Shown one piece after another: positions 1 through 12,178 of a stretch of 49,268 bases of DNA. This DNA is from Fonticula alba ATCC 38817 (lineage: Eukaryota; Protista; Nucleariida). The stretch is taken from NCBI GenBank assembly GCA_000388065.2, contig KB932205.1. One strand, written 5' to 3'. The translations under genes and the position numbers were made by a program. Each line of letters opens with the position of its first letter. Position 1 is the stretch's first letter. The notes beneath the pieces were generated by a model that saw only the letters and a program-made list of their open reading frames with translations, made no database searches and was not told where the DNA came from.

Positions 1-567
1 CTACCCGAGATGGTCCCCAGGCACGCGGGCCCCGCTAGCAGATCGCCCACCACGGGGCACCCCCCGCCCCCGGCCTGCTCGCACATTGTGGCTGCATCCT
101 TGGGCCCCTGAAAATCGCCCCGCCCCCCCTCCCCCTGCGCGAAATTGTCCGCCGATCTCCGAGGAGCGTGGGGGGGGGGGGGGAGGGGGGGGCCACATGC
201 ATGTATTTGCCCGCATGCGCTCGTGCACTCATGCCTCCGCCCCGTGCCCGCCCCGGGCACGCCATGAATCCCCCCCACGCCGGGAGCCACAAAAGCGGAC
301 GGGTGTGTTTACACATCCGGACGGGGCACACCCGGGGCCTCACGGGCAGGACAGCCCTGTGGGGTGTTTTCCCCTCGAAGTGCCCGCCTGGCGGGCGCAT
401 CGCCTCGGCCCCGGTCCCCCTTCTTCCCGAGCCCTGCGGCTAAGCGCAGCCCGGAGGGCCGACCTCACACATGCACATCGAGTGGCCGGCCGCCCGCAAT
501 CCCCGCACCATGCGCGATACCCACATGGGTACGAGCCCTCACACATGCATCCACACATGCATCCACA

Positions 568-568
<1 letters not shown>

Positions 569-601
<33 letters not shown>
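569..601. repeat. (AC)n microsatellite running into an N gap
   Basis: Perfect AC repeat directly followed by N602..1001; CACAC resumes after the gap. Confidence 0.95.
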
Positions 602-1001
602 NNNNNNNNNNNNNNNNNNNNNNNNNNNNNNNNNNNNNNNNNNNNNNNNNNNNNNNNNNNNNNNNNNNNNNNNNNNNNNNNNNNNNNNNNNNNNNNNNNN
701 NNNNNNNNNNNNNNNNNNNNNNNNNNNNNNNNNNNNNNNNNNNNNNNNNNNNNNNNNNNNNNNNNNNNNNNNNNNNNNNNNNNNNNNNNNNNNNNNNNNN
801 NNNNNNNNNNNNNNNNNNNNNNNNNNNNNNNNNNNNNNNNNNNNNNNNNNNNNNNNNNNNNNNNNNNNNNNNNNNNNNNNNNNNNNNNNNNNNNNNNNNN
901 NNNNNNNNNNNNNNNNNNNNNNNNNNNNNNNNNNNNNNNNNNNNNNNNNNNNNNNNNNNNNNNNNNNNNNNNNNNNNNNNNNNNNNNNNNNNNNNNNNNN
1001 N
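602..1001. other. Assembly gap; further gaps at 11324..11488, 26970..27093, 43238..43372, 46070..46208
   Basis: Runs of N. Each abuts an (AC)n tract or G/C-rich runs. None falls inside a predicted exon. Confidence 0.99.
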
Positions 1002-1757
1002 CACACAAGATTCCCCCGGCCTTGGCAGCGGTAGTTGCGGCGGCGACGCGAGGGGAGGCGACACGGCCCGGGCCGCATGATCTGCGCGTGATCCCCAATC
1101 CGACACTCCAGATTCCCCCGCCTGTCGGCCGGAGTCCCCCGCTCGGCCCCCCTCCCCGCTCCTCTCACCCGGACGGGCAGCCTCGAGAGCGCCCCCCCCG
1201 CCCTTCTCTCGCCCTTCTCTCGCCGTGCCTTGTCGGGGAAGGGGCGGGCGCGCGGGCGTCCCGTGGCAACTGCCAACCCTTCGCGGGTCGGAATTCCACT
1301 GACGGTCGAGATCGCCCCGGCGCAGGCTGAAGCCGGAATACCCCTTGCTCTCGCCTTCCCCCACTGGAAGGGCCCCCCGGCCGTGGCATCGGCAGGCGGG
1401 GAGGCGGAGAAGACACTGCGCGCGCGCGCGCGCACGGGAATAATTGCCCGCGTCCGCCGCCGCCCCCCTTCCCTCACGCGCCCGGCCGCGCCCTTCCCAA
1501 AATGCTGTCCCCCTTTTTCGCGCACCGGGGCGGGGCGCCCGTCCCGCGAACGAAGGAGGGAGGGACGCCTTTTAACCAAGGCCCCTATCTCTCCACCTCC
1601 CCCGCCCGCCCCGGTTATCTCCTCCCCACTTGCTCAGCCGAGAGGGGACACACACCCCCTCTCGCCCTCCTCCCCCCTCCCTCCCCCTCCCTCCCCCTCC
1701 CCTTTTCTCCCTCCCCTTTCCCTCCTCCCCCCTCCCCCTCTCACCGACAGCGTCGCG

Positions 1758-3835
1758 ATGACCAAGGACCCCTCGTCGGCCACCGCCAACGAGGCTCCCA
1801 TGTCGCCATCGCCCCGGCTGGCGAAGGACCCGCTCTTCGCACAGCTGGCCGACTCGCCGCTGCCAGCCGGCAAGCATTCATCGGGATCGGGTCTCGCCGG
1901 CAGCGGCGGGTCCACGACCCCGGCAAATGCCTCCTCGCAGGATACCCTTTCCACGGCGGCCGGGTCGATGAGCTTGACTGGCGGCGGCGGCGGCGGTACT
2001 GGTGGCGGTGGCGGCGGCGGCGGCGGCGGCACCGGCCCTGCCCACCACACGGTGCTGCCGCCATCATCGCTGTACCAGCACTCCCACAAGTGCGCACAAT
2101 GTGGCTGTCACCTTTCCTCGGCGGCTGATGGCTCCGGTTCGGCGGCCGCTCTGGCCGCCAGTCCGACAAATGGCGTGGCCTCGTTGAGCGGCGGCGGCGG
2201 CGGCGGCGGCGGCGGCACCGGCGCTGGGCCCGGCCCCGGCCCCGGCACCAGCGTGCGCGATGCCGACACACAGACTCGACGCAATCAGGAGTCCGCCTCG
2301 GTATCGCACCACTTTGCCTTCCATGACCCCCACCCGCCTGAGTGGCCGGAGTACGGGTCCTTCCTGTACTACCTGCTGTACCCCTTCACCACCATCCTGG
2401 ACAGCATCACGCGCTTTGTCAACTACATCCGGTCCATGCACCGGCTGCGCAAGCTCCGCAGCCACCCACCGCCCAATGTCAAGGGCTACCAGATCGACCT
2501 GACTTTCGAGCAGTCACGCAATGGCTCCAAGGGTACGCACTCCCCCCGCACCCGGGAGCTTGGCTCCCCCGTGTGCCATTCCCTCGCCCACCTCGCCCCC
2601 GTCCACGTCGCCTGACACTCCCTGCCCCACAGTCGACGCCAGCAGCTGGCTGCTGATCGTCATTAACGCCCTGCTGCAGGTCAGCACCATCGGCGTGGTC
2701 CTGGTGTCGGCGGTGTTCGTGGCGCTGGAGATTCGCTCGGACAAGGGGTCCGCCGGCAGCGGCCCGGATGTCGGTGGCGATGGCAGCGTCTCGGCTGTGC
2801 CGTACCTGGTGTCCATGCTGCTGATGTACTTCCTGCATGCGGCCACCGCGTCCATCGGGTACATTTGTGTCCTGCGCCGGGTGGTGCTCTATGCCTTCGT
2901 TGTGCGTGCTTGCCTGCTGCTGCGGTCTTTTCTTCTTCTTCCCTTTGCTTTTGCCCTGTGCCGCGCACCGAGGGCCTCGCCGGGGACATGTGCCGGCCCC
3001 CCTCCCCCCCCCCCCTCTCTCTTTCCCCCTGGCCGGGCCTTTGCACGCTTCCGACTTACTCCCAGCCGCGCCCGCACACTGTAGCACTGGATCCTCCTGC
3101 TCTTCTTCTTCCTGGTCAACGTCAGCCTCCTGACGGTGGTCTACTCCATCTTCATCCAGCATTATCGCCACTCGGCATCGCTGTCCTACTCGATCATTCT
3201 CTTCTTGGCCACCCTCAGTGCCATGATCCACCTGCTGGCCACACTCCAATGTACGCCCAGGCATACACGCCTGTTTCCCGCACGCACACACTCCCAACCC
3301 TCCCTCGCTGGAGCCCATCCCCGGTGCCTGGCTCCTGACATGTATTTTGCCGCGACCTATCGCCCCCCCCCCCCCTTCCTCCCCCTTGCCCGTTGAAGTC
3401 TACCGGTTCTGGAAGAACTTGCGTGACAGCACCCTCCGCGAGACGGCCATCATCGTCAAACCCGACACGGAGCACCTCATCCGCGTGCCGGACCACCATC
3501 ATGCCCATCCATCCCACTCGCGCTACCACCCCCACCTGGACTTCGAGCATCCGGCGTCGCATCTGCACCAGCAGCCCCTGGAGGGCGATTACTTCCACCG
3601 GCATTCCGATGACCAGGAGCGCTTCCTCTTCCAGGACAACTTCTCGCACGCGCAGCTGGCCAGTGTCCATCATGCCCGGCCGGTTGAGCCGGCCGATGAT
3701 CAGCGCAGCCCGTCCGGCCTGGCTGGCCTGATGTCCGACGCTCGGAAGCTGATCACCGGCCAGCTCCGGGGCGGTCGGTCCGAACACCAGCACTCGAGCT
3801 CGCATGCCTCGACCGAGGCGTACGAAATGCAATGA
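1758..3835 (+). CDS. Orphan multi-pass (about 4 TM) membrane protein, 548 aa, with Gly-rich N-terminus and His-rich C-terminal tail
   Basis: join(1758..2532,2633..2901,3085..3250,3399..3835) = 1647 nt, frame-consistent. Donors GTACGC/GTGCGT/GTACGC, acceptors CAG/TAG/AAG. Four hydrophobic segments: LLIVINALLQVSTIGVVLVSAVFVAL; VPYLVSMLLMYFLHAATASIGYICVL; VLYAFVHWILLLFFFLVNVSLLTVVYSIF; LSYSIILFLATLSAMIHLLATLQF. No family recognised. Confidence 0.75.
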
Positions 3836-4117
3836 GACCATGGGCAGGCGGGCATGTATTTGACCATGTCACCCCCCGATCCAGCACATGCGCACTCGTC
3901 AATAGAAAACTTGTACACTAGGGGCATGTGGTTGCCTTGTGCGAGGGAGGGAGGGGGGAGGGGGGGGGGGAGGCGTGCTTTGCTTGTTTTTGCTTTCTTT
4001 TTACCAGGGGAGGAGGGGGACTTTCTTCGCGCTCCCAAGGGCTCCGGGGAACTGGGGAGACAGATTGGAAGGGGGGGGGGGGGGGGAGTCCATGGGCAGG
4101 ACCCGTTGGCCAGCTGG

Positions 4118-4762
4118 CTACTGGCCGGGGAGATCCACCAGCAGGACGACACCACGGGCCTCGAGATCGCTGACGGTGGCGCGCAACCGGGCAATGTCCT
4201 CCTGGCTGGGCTCGGCCTGCAACAGGGGGTTCCCTCGCAGGTCGATATGCCGCAGCGCCTGGAAGGGCGAGTCGCCATCTGGCAGTGGCAGACGCACTTC
4301 AATCTGCTCGAGGGGCACCTGGCGGAGGCGATTGTTGCGCAGATCCAGCGCTGAGGTCGCAAGGGGGCGGTGAGAACCCACGCAAGAGGGGCGAGCAGGG
4401 CCGGGCGCGGGGAGGAGAGAAAGGGCGGGCATCGAGGGCGACGTACATTGGAGCATGTCGAAGTCGCGGATGCGCGGCCCGATGTCGCGGATTCGGTTGC
4501 CACTCAGGTCCACCGAGGTGACTGGCTTCGGGGCGGGGGCCCCCTCATCCACCTCGCTGAGGATCATGAACAGCGACACGGGCAGGCTGATCAGGTCACA
4601 ATCGGACAGGTCCAGACGGCCGGTGAGGCGCGCCTCGCGGGTGCGCGTGGCCACCAGCGCAGCACCAGCCGCCGGGGTCATGCCCGGCCGCCCGGCGGGG
4701 CGGGGCCGGCAGGCCGGCGGCGCGCTGGCCGGCGGCGGGGGCGGAGGCGGAGGGACGGTCAT
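4118..4762 (-). CDS. Small leucine-rich-repeat protein, LRRC20-like (182 aa)
   Basis: complement(join(4118..4350,4447..4762)); 96-nt GTACGT..CAG intron. LRR motifs LDLSDCDLISLP, VDLSGNRIRDI, LDLRNNRLRQVP, IDLRGNPL; overall layout recalls LRRC20. The start could instead be the ATG at 4681. Confidence 0.8.
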   Translation of the reverse strand: MTVPPPPPPPPASAPPACRPRPAGRPGMTPAAGAALVATRTREARLTGRLDLSDCDLISLPVSLFMILSEVDEGAPAPKPVTSVDLSGNRIRDIGPRIRDFDMLQCTSPSMPALSLLPAPGPARPSCVGSHRPLATSALDLRNNRLRQVPLEQIEVRLPLPDGDSPFQALRHIDLRGNPLLQAEPSQEDIARLRATVSDLEARGVVLLVDLPGQ

Positions 4763-5259
4763 CGGAGATGGGACAGGGGTACGCACGCACGCACGCACGC
4801 ACTCACACAGACATGCACAGAGAGAGAGAGAGAGAGAGGAAGAGGGGGGAGGGGATACACGGGGAGGGAGGGAGATAGGCGACCAGGGAGACAGAGGGAA
4901 GGCGCTGACGGTGGAAGACAGCGGCAGAGAAAAGTGAGGTAACCCGAGTCACCCACCCAGCAGGGAGGGCGATCCCCGCGCAACCGGGGGCCCAGAAAAG
5001 GGGACAACCGAAGGACACCCCCGGCGCGGGAGGGGGCCGCCACCGATCTGCCAGCCCGCGCCCCGCATTCCCGCCCCCCACCACCCCCACTGCCGCCGCA
5101 TCGCCCCCCCCCCCTGGACGCCGGGGAGAAAGAGAGGGAGAGAGAGGGAGAGGGACGAGACCGAGAACCGGGCAGGACAATTATTCTGGCACGTGACGTG
5201 TATTGGTGCACGCACCCACAAGGACAGGCGGGCCCGCATCTGGCCGGGGCCGGGCCACC

Positions 5260-6628
5260 TCAGCGCTTCTTTCGACGCTTGGAGGCGGCGGCGGCGGCGG
5301 CGGCGGCTGTGCGCTTCCCATCGGCCGGGCCACCGGCCGGGCCGCCGGCCGGCCCGCTTTCCGGGCCATCAAGCCACTCCAGCTGCAGGCAGCGCACCCC
5401 GGCAAAGCAGGGCAGTCGGACAAGGACTTGGTCATTGGGGTCCAGGGCCCCGAGGAAGCGCTCCAGCACGAAGGCATGAGGCCGGCTGGATGGGAGCGGG
5501 TCGGTGGCGGCGAAGACCGCCGCGTCATCCGTATCGATGAACTGCTCGTCATTGTACATGTCCACCTCGACGCCGTAATCCCCCGCTGGCAGGGCCAGGT
5601 ATGCCAGGGCCGCCGGCAGGAAGCCGGTGCCCAGACGTGCACGCAGCCCCGGCCCCCCGGCCGCATGGAGGACCACCCGGCTGGCGGTCAGATCCGACGC
5701 GCAGAGGGCCGCGAAGCTGGCCGGGATGTTGTCCAGCGGCGCATCGCAGGGGTCTTCGCCGACGGCCGTGGCGATGGATGCCAGGTCGAAATCCGGAACA
5801 TTGTCCACCTACCGTCGATGCCGCAGGCACGGCGGTGGAGATCAGCGTATGGAGGGTCGCCACAGGCCATGGCCGACCAGACGAGATAGGATGAGACAAG
5901 GCGAGGCCAGGTGAGAGGAGGCGAGGTGAGAGGAGGCAGGGTGAGAGGAGGCGAGGCGAGAGGCGACCACACGAGACCGGGAGAGGGAGGACAAAAAAAA
6001 GGACAATCCCCGGCCACGCAGGGTGGCAAGGGCAGCGCACCGTCTCAACATCAAGCTCAACTTCGGATGCAGACTCGGCAGCGGCGGACTCCGCGGCGCA
6101 GGCAGCCTCCAAGGTGGCCAGCAGGGGGGCCTCGCCGGCCATGGTGGCCGGAGCCGACAGGACATCACCGGCGGCGGGGAGCTTTTCCACCAAGCCCACG
6201 GCCGCCGCGGCGGCCGACGTGATGTCAATATCTATGAAGGGTCCGGTGGCATTGGCCCCGGTCCCGGCGAAGTACATGGTCCCGGCCGGCGGCAGGTCGA
6301 ACTCGTCCTCCCTCTCGATGTAGTGGACATTGCCCGGGAATTCCCGGAAGAGAGGCATGAACACGGCGAATTGCGAGGCGGCCGGGGCGGCCCAGAAGAT
6401 GAGTTGTCGGGGGATGACACGCCGGGCACGCGGGATACTCGACGCCCCGATGTGCGTGGCCGCTGACGTCAGAGATATCATCACCGGCTCCGAGGGGTGC
6501 CACTGGCAGGCACAGCGAGCAGGGGGAGGGGGAGACACAGGCGCCCACGGTGAGTTGGACGCATGGGCGGAGCGTAGGTGAAGCAGGTCTACTCAAGGGC
6601 GTGGAGCGAGGCGGGAGGCAGAGTGTGC

Positions 6629-6663
<35 letters not shown>

Positions 6664-8552
6664 AAAGGCAGGCAGGGGGGCGCACCACACAGCCATGCAG
6701 CCCATCCTTCGGGCCATGGATTTGCCGCCGGAGGAACTGCTCCATGCGATCCCACACAAAGAGACGATGCTGGTGGGTCGGGTCGGCCACCGCGCCGACC
6801 ACATGCTCCAGATCGTGGCTGAACGCGGCTGTCAGCCATTTCGAGTGATCCACCGGGTCCTGGAAGGCGTGCTGCAATTGCAACGGCTCCGCGCGGCGGG
6901 ATGCGCCTGGCTCGGGTGCCAGCAGGGCCCCGGCATTCAGATCCAGCAACCGCACCGCGCGCTGGGTGACTGCCAGCAAGCGTGATCCACTCGGAGCCAC
7001 CACCAAGTCCCGCACGGCGCCGGTGGCGCCGAGGCCCAGGGACAGGCACCGCGCCGTGCCGGTCAACGACAGGGCCAGGCTGTCGGGCTTGGACTGGGCG
7101 GCTTGTCGCGCGGCCCGCCGTGCAATCGGCCCCATGAACTCGACCATGTGCACCTGGCCCCGGCTGTCGCCCAGCAGCAGGGTCGACCCGGTCGGGTCGA
7201 ACGCCAGCGCCCCATAGCTGCGGCCACTGGCCAGGTAGATGGGCGGCGTGAGGCCGAGCTGGCCCGTGGGGAGTGTGGGGTCTGGCACAGGGCGATTGAA
7301 CACCGGAGCGAAGGCGCCGGTGTGAACATCCACCGTGATAGGCTCGCGGCCCTGTGCTGAGATGACCACCGTGTTGCTGTGCCAAAGGGAGAGCAAGCCA
7401 CAGGACGATCCCGGCCCCGGGGATAACCGGTCGACCGGCGGCGAGGCCGAGGCCGAGGCCGAGGCCGAGGCCGAGGCAAGGGAAGCGCAGAAAGATGTCA
7501 GAGGCACAGGGCGAGTGAGGGAGCAGAGGCAGAAACCCAAACAGGGGAGGGGGACGACGCACACATCGCCCGGCTGGAAGCCGACAGCCAGCACCGGGGC
7601 GCCAACATGGATGTCCATCACCAGGCGGACAACATGCGACAGGGGGTCACAACTTGAGAGGACCGCCATGCCGTTGGGCTGCCAGGATGGCACAAGCATA
7701 CTCTGAAGCGAGCGGCCAGACTGCCCGGGGAGCGCCTCCTCATCGACGGACTCGGCTTTCTCATCCGAGTCGGCGGGCTCCTGGTCGTCGGGGCATCCGG
7801 CGGGGGCTGGGCCGGGGCCCCGGGCCGCGTCGCTCCCGGAGCCGCAGCCTGAGGGATGGCCTCGGCGCCGGGCGACACCGGCCGACTTGGAGGTGGGAAC
7901 ACAGATGACGCCGGTGCGAGGCCGGGCTTGCGCACCGGCCGCACATGGCGGGTCCATCAGGGACCACACACGCACCCGGCCATCCTTCGAGCCGGACACC
8001 AGCCGCCGGCCGCGTGCCGACCAGGCAAGGCAAGAAATGTCGCACGGGCCGGCCACCGGGCGCGCGGCCCATGCGCTGAGGTCCAGCACCGCCGCGGGCT
8101 GAGTGGCGCCCGCCCGGGCCCGGGGCACCGGGGCATCCTGGACGGTCACCGGCAGCGAGCCGGCCGGAGGATCGCCACCGGCCCCAGGGTGAAGTAGCGA
8201 CACCGCCGGCTCCAACGCATACCCATGGGCCTTCCAGCGAGCGGCGCATGTCATATTCGCCACGTCCCACAGGGCGATGACTCCGGCGTCGGCGGTGCCG
8301 GAGGCCCCGGCCGCCCCGGTGCCCACGGCCAGCAGCGACCCCTTGGGATGCAGGGCCAAGACCGCGGCCTGTGGCTCACGCCGCCGGGCCACCGGGCGCA
8401 TGAACTCCACGTAATCCATGGCCGGGGCTGTGGGGCTGGGTGTTAGCAGGAGTGACAAGCGTCCAGGTGGGGCGATCTCTGCGCGCAGGGCCGACGGAGG
8501 GGGGAGAGGGACAGCCCCGGCGAGGGGACGCACTTTTCAGCATGCGATGCAT
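5260..8552 (-). CDS. RBBP5: RBBP5/Swd1, WD40 subunit of the COMPASS/SET1 H3K4 methyltransferase complex (861 aa)
   Basis: complement(join(5260..5808,6041..6502,6686..7376,7563..8427,8534..8552)) = 2586 nt. WD40 repeats (LAVGTG, ISCLAWSARGRRLVSGSKDGRVRVW, FQDPVDHSKWLTAAFSHD, WHPSEP). The hinge QFAVFMPLFREFPGNVHYIEREDEFD matches RBBP5 NWSAFAPDFKELDENVEYEERESEFD. Basic NLS-like end SKRRKKR. The 19-nt first exon (MHRMLK) is less certain. Confidence 0.92.
5911..5955. repeat. 15-bp tandem repeat x3 (GTGAGAGGAGGCGAG) in the last RBBP5 intron
   Basis: Copies at 5911, 5926 (2 mismatches) and 5941. Confidence 0.9.
7443..7477. repeat. (GAGGCC)n hexamer repeat in RBBP5 intron 2
   Basis: About 6 copies, read directly from the sequence. 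Confidence 0.9.
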
Positions 8553-8965
8553 GGTGGCGGTCGGGTGGTTGGGGTGGCGGCGTTAGCCGGCGCACGCGCG
8601 AAGTCGCCCGCGTGTGGGGCTGGCAGCAGGGGAGGGGAAGGAGGAGGAGGAGGAGCGTCCCGTTGGGAGGGAGGGCCGAGGGGAATGGGCGAAACAGGGG
8701 AGGAGGAGGGAAGGAAAGGGAAGGGTGGGTGCGGGAGGCTGACATGGCAGATCGCCCACCCGGGGGCGGCCAGCGGGTGGGTCTCGGGCCGAAAAATGGC
8801 CCTCCAGGGCACACGGACAAGGGCCGGCAGTAACGAGATCGCGCCCGACGCGACGGCCGCCCCCGGCCGAGCCCGCTCCGTGTGAGCCACATGCACCGAG
8901 GCCGCAGGCCCGAGTTGAGTGGGGCGGTGGAGAGAGCAGGGGGCGAGCGAGGCCGAGAACTTGAG

Positions 8966-8969
<4 letters not shown>

Positions 8970-9008
<39 letters not shown>
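8970..9008. repeat. (AG)n microsatellite in the RBBP5/LIMR divergent intergenic region
   Basis: About 19 units. Similar (CT)n/(AG)n tracts occur near 4818, 13030, 24710, 34197, 35428, 38434, 40324 and 42760. Confidence 0.95.
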
Positions 9009-9015
<7 letters not shown>

Positions 9016-9949
9016 CGAAGATGTTTGATGCCGGCGCGGCGCCTTGCGGCCCGCCCCCCCATGGTGTAATACGCCATTCGCGCCCGAAGGCAGGAGAACG
9101 AGAATTCGTTGGCATCTGGATAATCATGTGGCCCGGGTCTCGGGCGGGCCCTCCGCGGGTCGTTGGACCCGGCCCGGGGCCGCGGCCTGGCCGCCCGTGC
9201 GCGCCCGGCTGCACCCAGCCATGAGAGCCCGGCGCCCCGCCGTCCCCCCCCCCCCGACAGAGCGGGTGGGCGGGTGCCAGGGAGGATATTCGCGCCGGCT
9301 GCCGCTTGTGCCCCGTGTGCCCGGGCGCTAACCCGGCCCTCGGCGCCCTCGGGCGAGGGGGCGGGGCAAAGAAGCGGGGCGGCTGAAAACCGCCCCAGGG
9401 GGAACGCGGCTGGCATTCCGCAGCCGATTGCCGGACACTCCCCCCCCCCCCCCCCCAGGGGAGGGCGGGTCCGAAGAGCAAACGGCACGATGGGCGCCCA
9501 GCGGAAGCCCCCTCTCCCCCGGCCGGGGGGGGGGGGGGGGGCCAACATTGCTCCTTGGACCGGGGGTGCATTCTTTGCCTTGCCGGACCGATGGCAATCC
9601 TTTCATCGAAAGCAGCCGGAAGGCGCCAGGCCCGGAAGACCTGCCGGGGCGATAGGCTCGCCTCGCTCTTCCGCGGGTCGGCCTTTCCCCCCACTTTCAA
9701 GAGAACCCCGGCCGATTGGCACCAGGTGTCATACCTGCTCGGACAGTCCTCTTCCTCCTCCCCCCTCCCCCTGCACGTGTGCTGTGTTAACACTCGCGTT
9801 CAGTCCCCCTCCCTCCTTCCCTCCCCCTCCCCTCCCCCCCCCTCACACACACACACACACACACACACGCATACGTATACACGCGCATATATTTATACAC
9901 ACATCTGGGAGCCTTCTCTCCAGCTTGAAAGCAAGCAAATCCCCCCACC

Positions 9950-12178
9950 ATGGCCACTGCCGGTGATATCGTTCTGACGGTGGTGACGGGTGTCTTCCTG
10001 TTGCTGATCATCGTCGCGTCGATCTTTGGCCTGGCTCACTTGCAAGACCCGCTGGAGCGCAAGGCCGCCTGGTTCCCGAAGGTGGTGTGCATCATGGCCG
10101 CGGTCACCAGCGCCGTCATGATTCTGCTGCTGCCCCTGGATGTGGCAGGCCGCAAGCCGGTGGTATGTGCACATATGCGACCACACGACCATCCTCCCCC
10201 CCCCCCCCCCCCCCCCGCCACCGTGGCCCCTTCCTGACACTCGCCTCCCCTTGGCCCGCGCACCAACAGGGCACTCCCCCCTTCATCCCGGTCTACCTGC
10301 TCACCTTGATTGCGTACGGCCTGTCGCTCTTCCTGCTGGCCTTCCTCATCCCCCTGGCCTTCCTTCACTATGATGCCCTGGAGGAGCCGGAGCACGATGT
10401 GGACACCGTGCTGAAGAATGCCTCGCAGGGGCGCTCTTCGGCCGGGGCATCCAAACAGCTCTTCCATGCGCTCAAGTGGACGCTGCCCTTCACCCTGGCC
10501 CTGGTGGCTCTTGTGGGTGGTCTTTACTACGCCTATGGCTACTCGCGGCTGCCGACCGCCTTCCTGGAGAGTGTCGGCTCGACGGTGGCCGGCCGGGCCA
10601 CTTGTGTTGCGGCCGGCGACTGCCTGGCCTGGACGCGCTTCATGTAGTACGTATCCCGGCATGGGCATGCCCGCCGGTGGGCTTGGGTCTTCTGCTTCTC
10701 CGCGCCCCATCGGGGCCCTTTTCTTTCTTTTTCTTTTTTTCTATCTTCCTCCTCCTCGCGCGATAAGCCGCCCGGGCCCCCGTTTGCCCGAATATGTCTA
10801 CCCTCCTCACACCGAAGTACTTACACCGCTGGCGGGCTCCCCTGGCAGCATCCGCATCAATCCCCTGCTCTATGGGGTGGCCATTGTCAACCTCATTGGC
10901 ATGGTCTTCCTGATGCTGTATGGCGGTGTGGGCCTGATTTGCCTGCCCCTGGACCTGCTTCGGTCCTTCATCAACCGGCCTCGGGCCATGTCCATCTCGG
11001 CTGTGGTGGATGCCCGCGCGCGACTGTACACCCGGTCGCAGGAGCTAACCACCGAGGCACAGAAGCTGCTCGCCGAGCGGGATGAACTCCGTGCCAAGGG
11101 CGGCTTCTTGAAGAATCTCACCCGCAGCGGGGCCCTGGACAGCCAGTCCCGCCGGCTGGCGGCCAAGGTCTTCGAGCTGGAGGAGCAGGCTCATAAGCTG
11201 GAAATTGCGCGCTCCATTTCCGAGGAGAGTGTCCTGGTCCAGGTGCGTGGCCCGCCCTTTACCCCGTGGTCGGGGCCAAATGCCTGGGGGGGGGGGCGGG
11301 GGGGCAGCGTGCTGGCGTCCCCCNNNNNNNNNNNNNNNNNNNNNNNNNNNNNNNNNNNNNNNNNNNNNNNNNNNNNNNNNNNNNNNNNNNNNNNNNNNNN
11401 NNNNNNNNNNNNNNNNNNNNNNNNNNNNNNNNNNNNNNNNNNNNNNNNNNNNNNNNNNNNNNNNNNNNNNNNNNNNNNNNNNNNNNNNCGCGCACACACA
11501 GCCCGCGCCTTCGTGACATCCATCTGACCGGGGGCGAAAAAAAAATGGCCCACCACCCAACAGTTCTTCAAGCTCGCCCTTTCCATCATCGGGTTCATCT
11601 TCAGCATCCTCTGGCTGCTGCATCTGGCGTTGTACTTCGCGCCGGTTACCTTCGGCATGAAGCCCGTATCGGCCTTCATGAATGCCGTCTTTGCCGGGCT
11701 CTCCAAGGTTCCCTTCCTGGGCCCGGCCTTCTACGCCATCTTCGCCTTGCATCTGCTGCTGTGCCTGGCCCATGGGTCGGTTCGGCTGGGCCGGCTGTCA
11801 TCGATCCTCGGCGCGGTGCATTCCATTCGCCCCGGGCGGACGCTGACCTCGGCGCTGCTGTTCCACTCGTGGCTCCTGGTGGCCGGGGCCCAGGCGGTCT
11901 CGCATGCCGGGGCGCGGGTGTTCGGGTCCTACGCGCGGGACACCGCCTCCGGGCGCATTGCCAACACCCAGCTGGCCAACCTCTCGGGCGGCGTGGGCCA
12001 TGGGTTCGATGCGCTCATCTGCCTGATGGGCGTCATGGCCGTGGTGACTGCCCTGCTTGCGTGCATCCTCCCGGCTCGCAAGCGCAAGAAGAAGGTCAAG
12101 CTTGTGAGCGAGAAGGAGCGCGCCCGCAACCGCCAGAAGGAGAACAACTATGAGATGCGCCAGCGCGCGGGCAAGTGA
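9950..12178 (+). CDS. LIMR/LMBR1-family multi-pass membrane protein (532 aa)
   Basis: join(9950..10162,10270..10646,10849..11242,11564..12178) = 1599 nt; intron 3 spans an N gap. Family motifs ILLLPLDVA, LIPLAFLHYDA, LYGGVGLICLPLDLLRSFINRP, a coiled-coil loop, and VFGSYARDTA. About 9 hydrophobic segments. Confidence 0.9.

Noticed and set aside
1-1757. Numerous 75-460 aa ORFs at the window start, several crossing the N gap
   Set aside because: Pro/Arg/Gly low-complexity translations of GC-rich and microsatellite DNA with no domain or codon signal; upstream region of the first gene.
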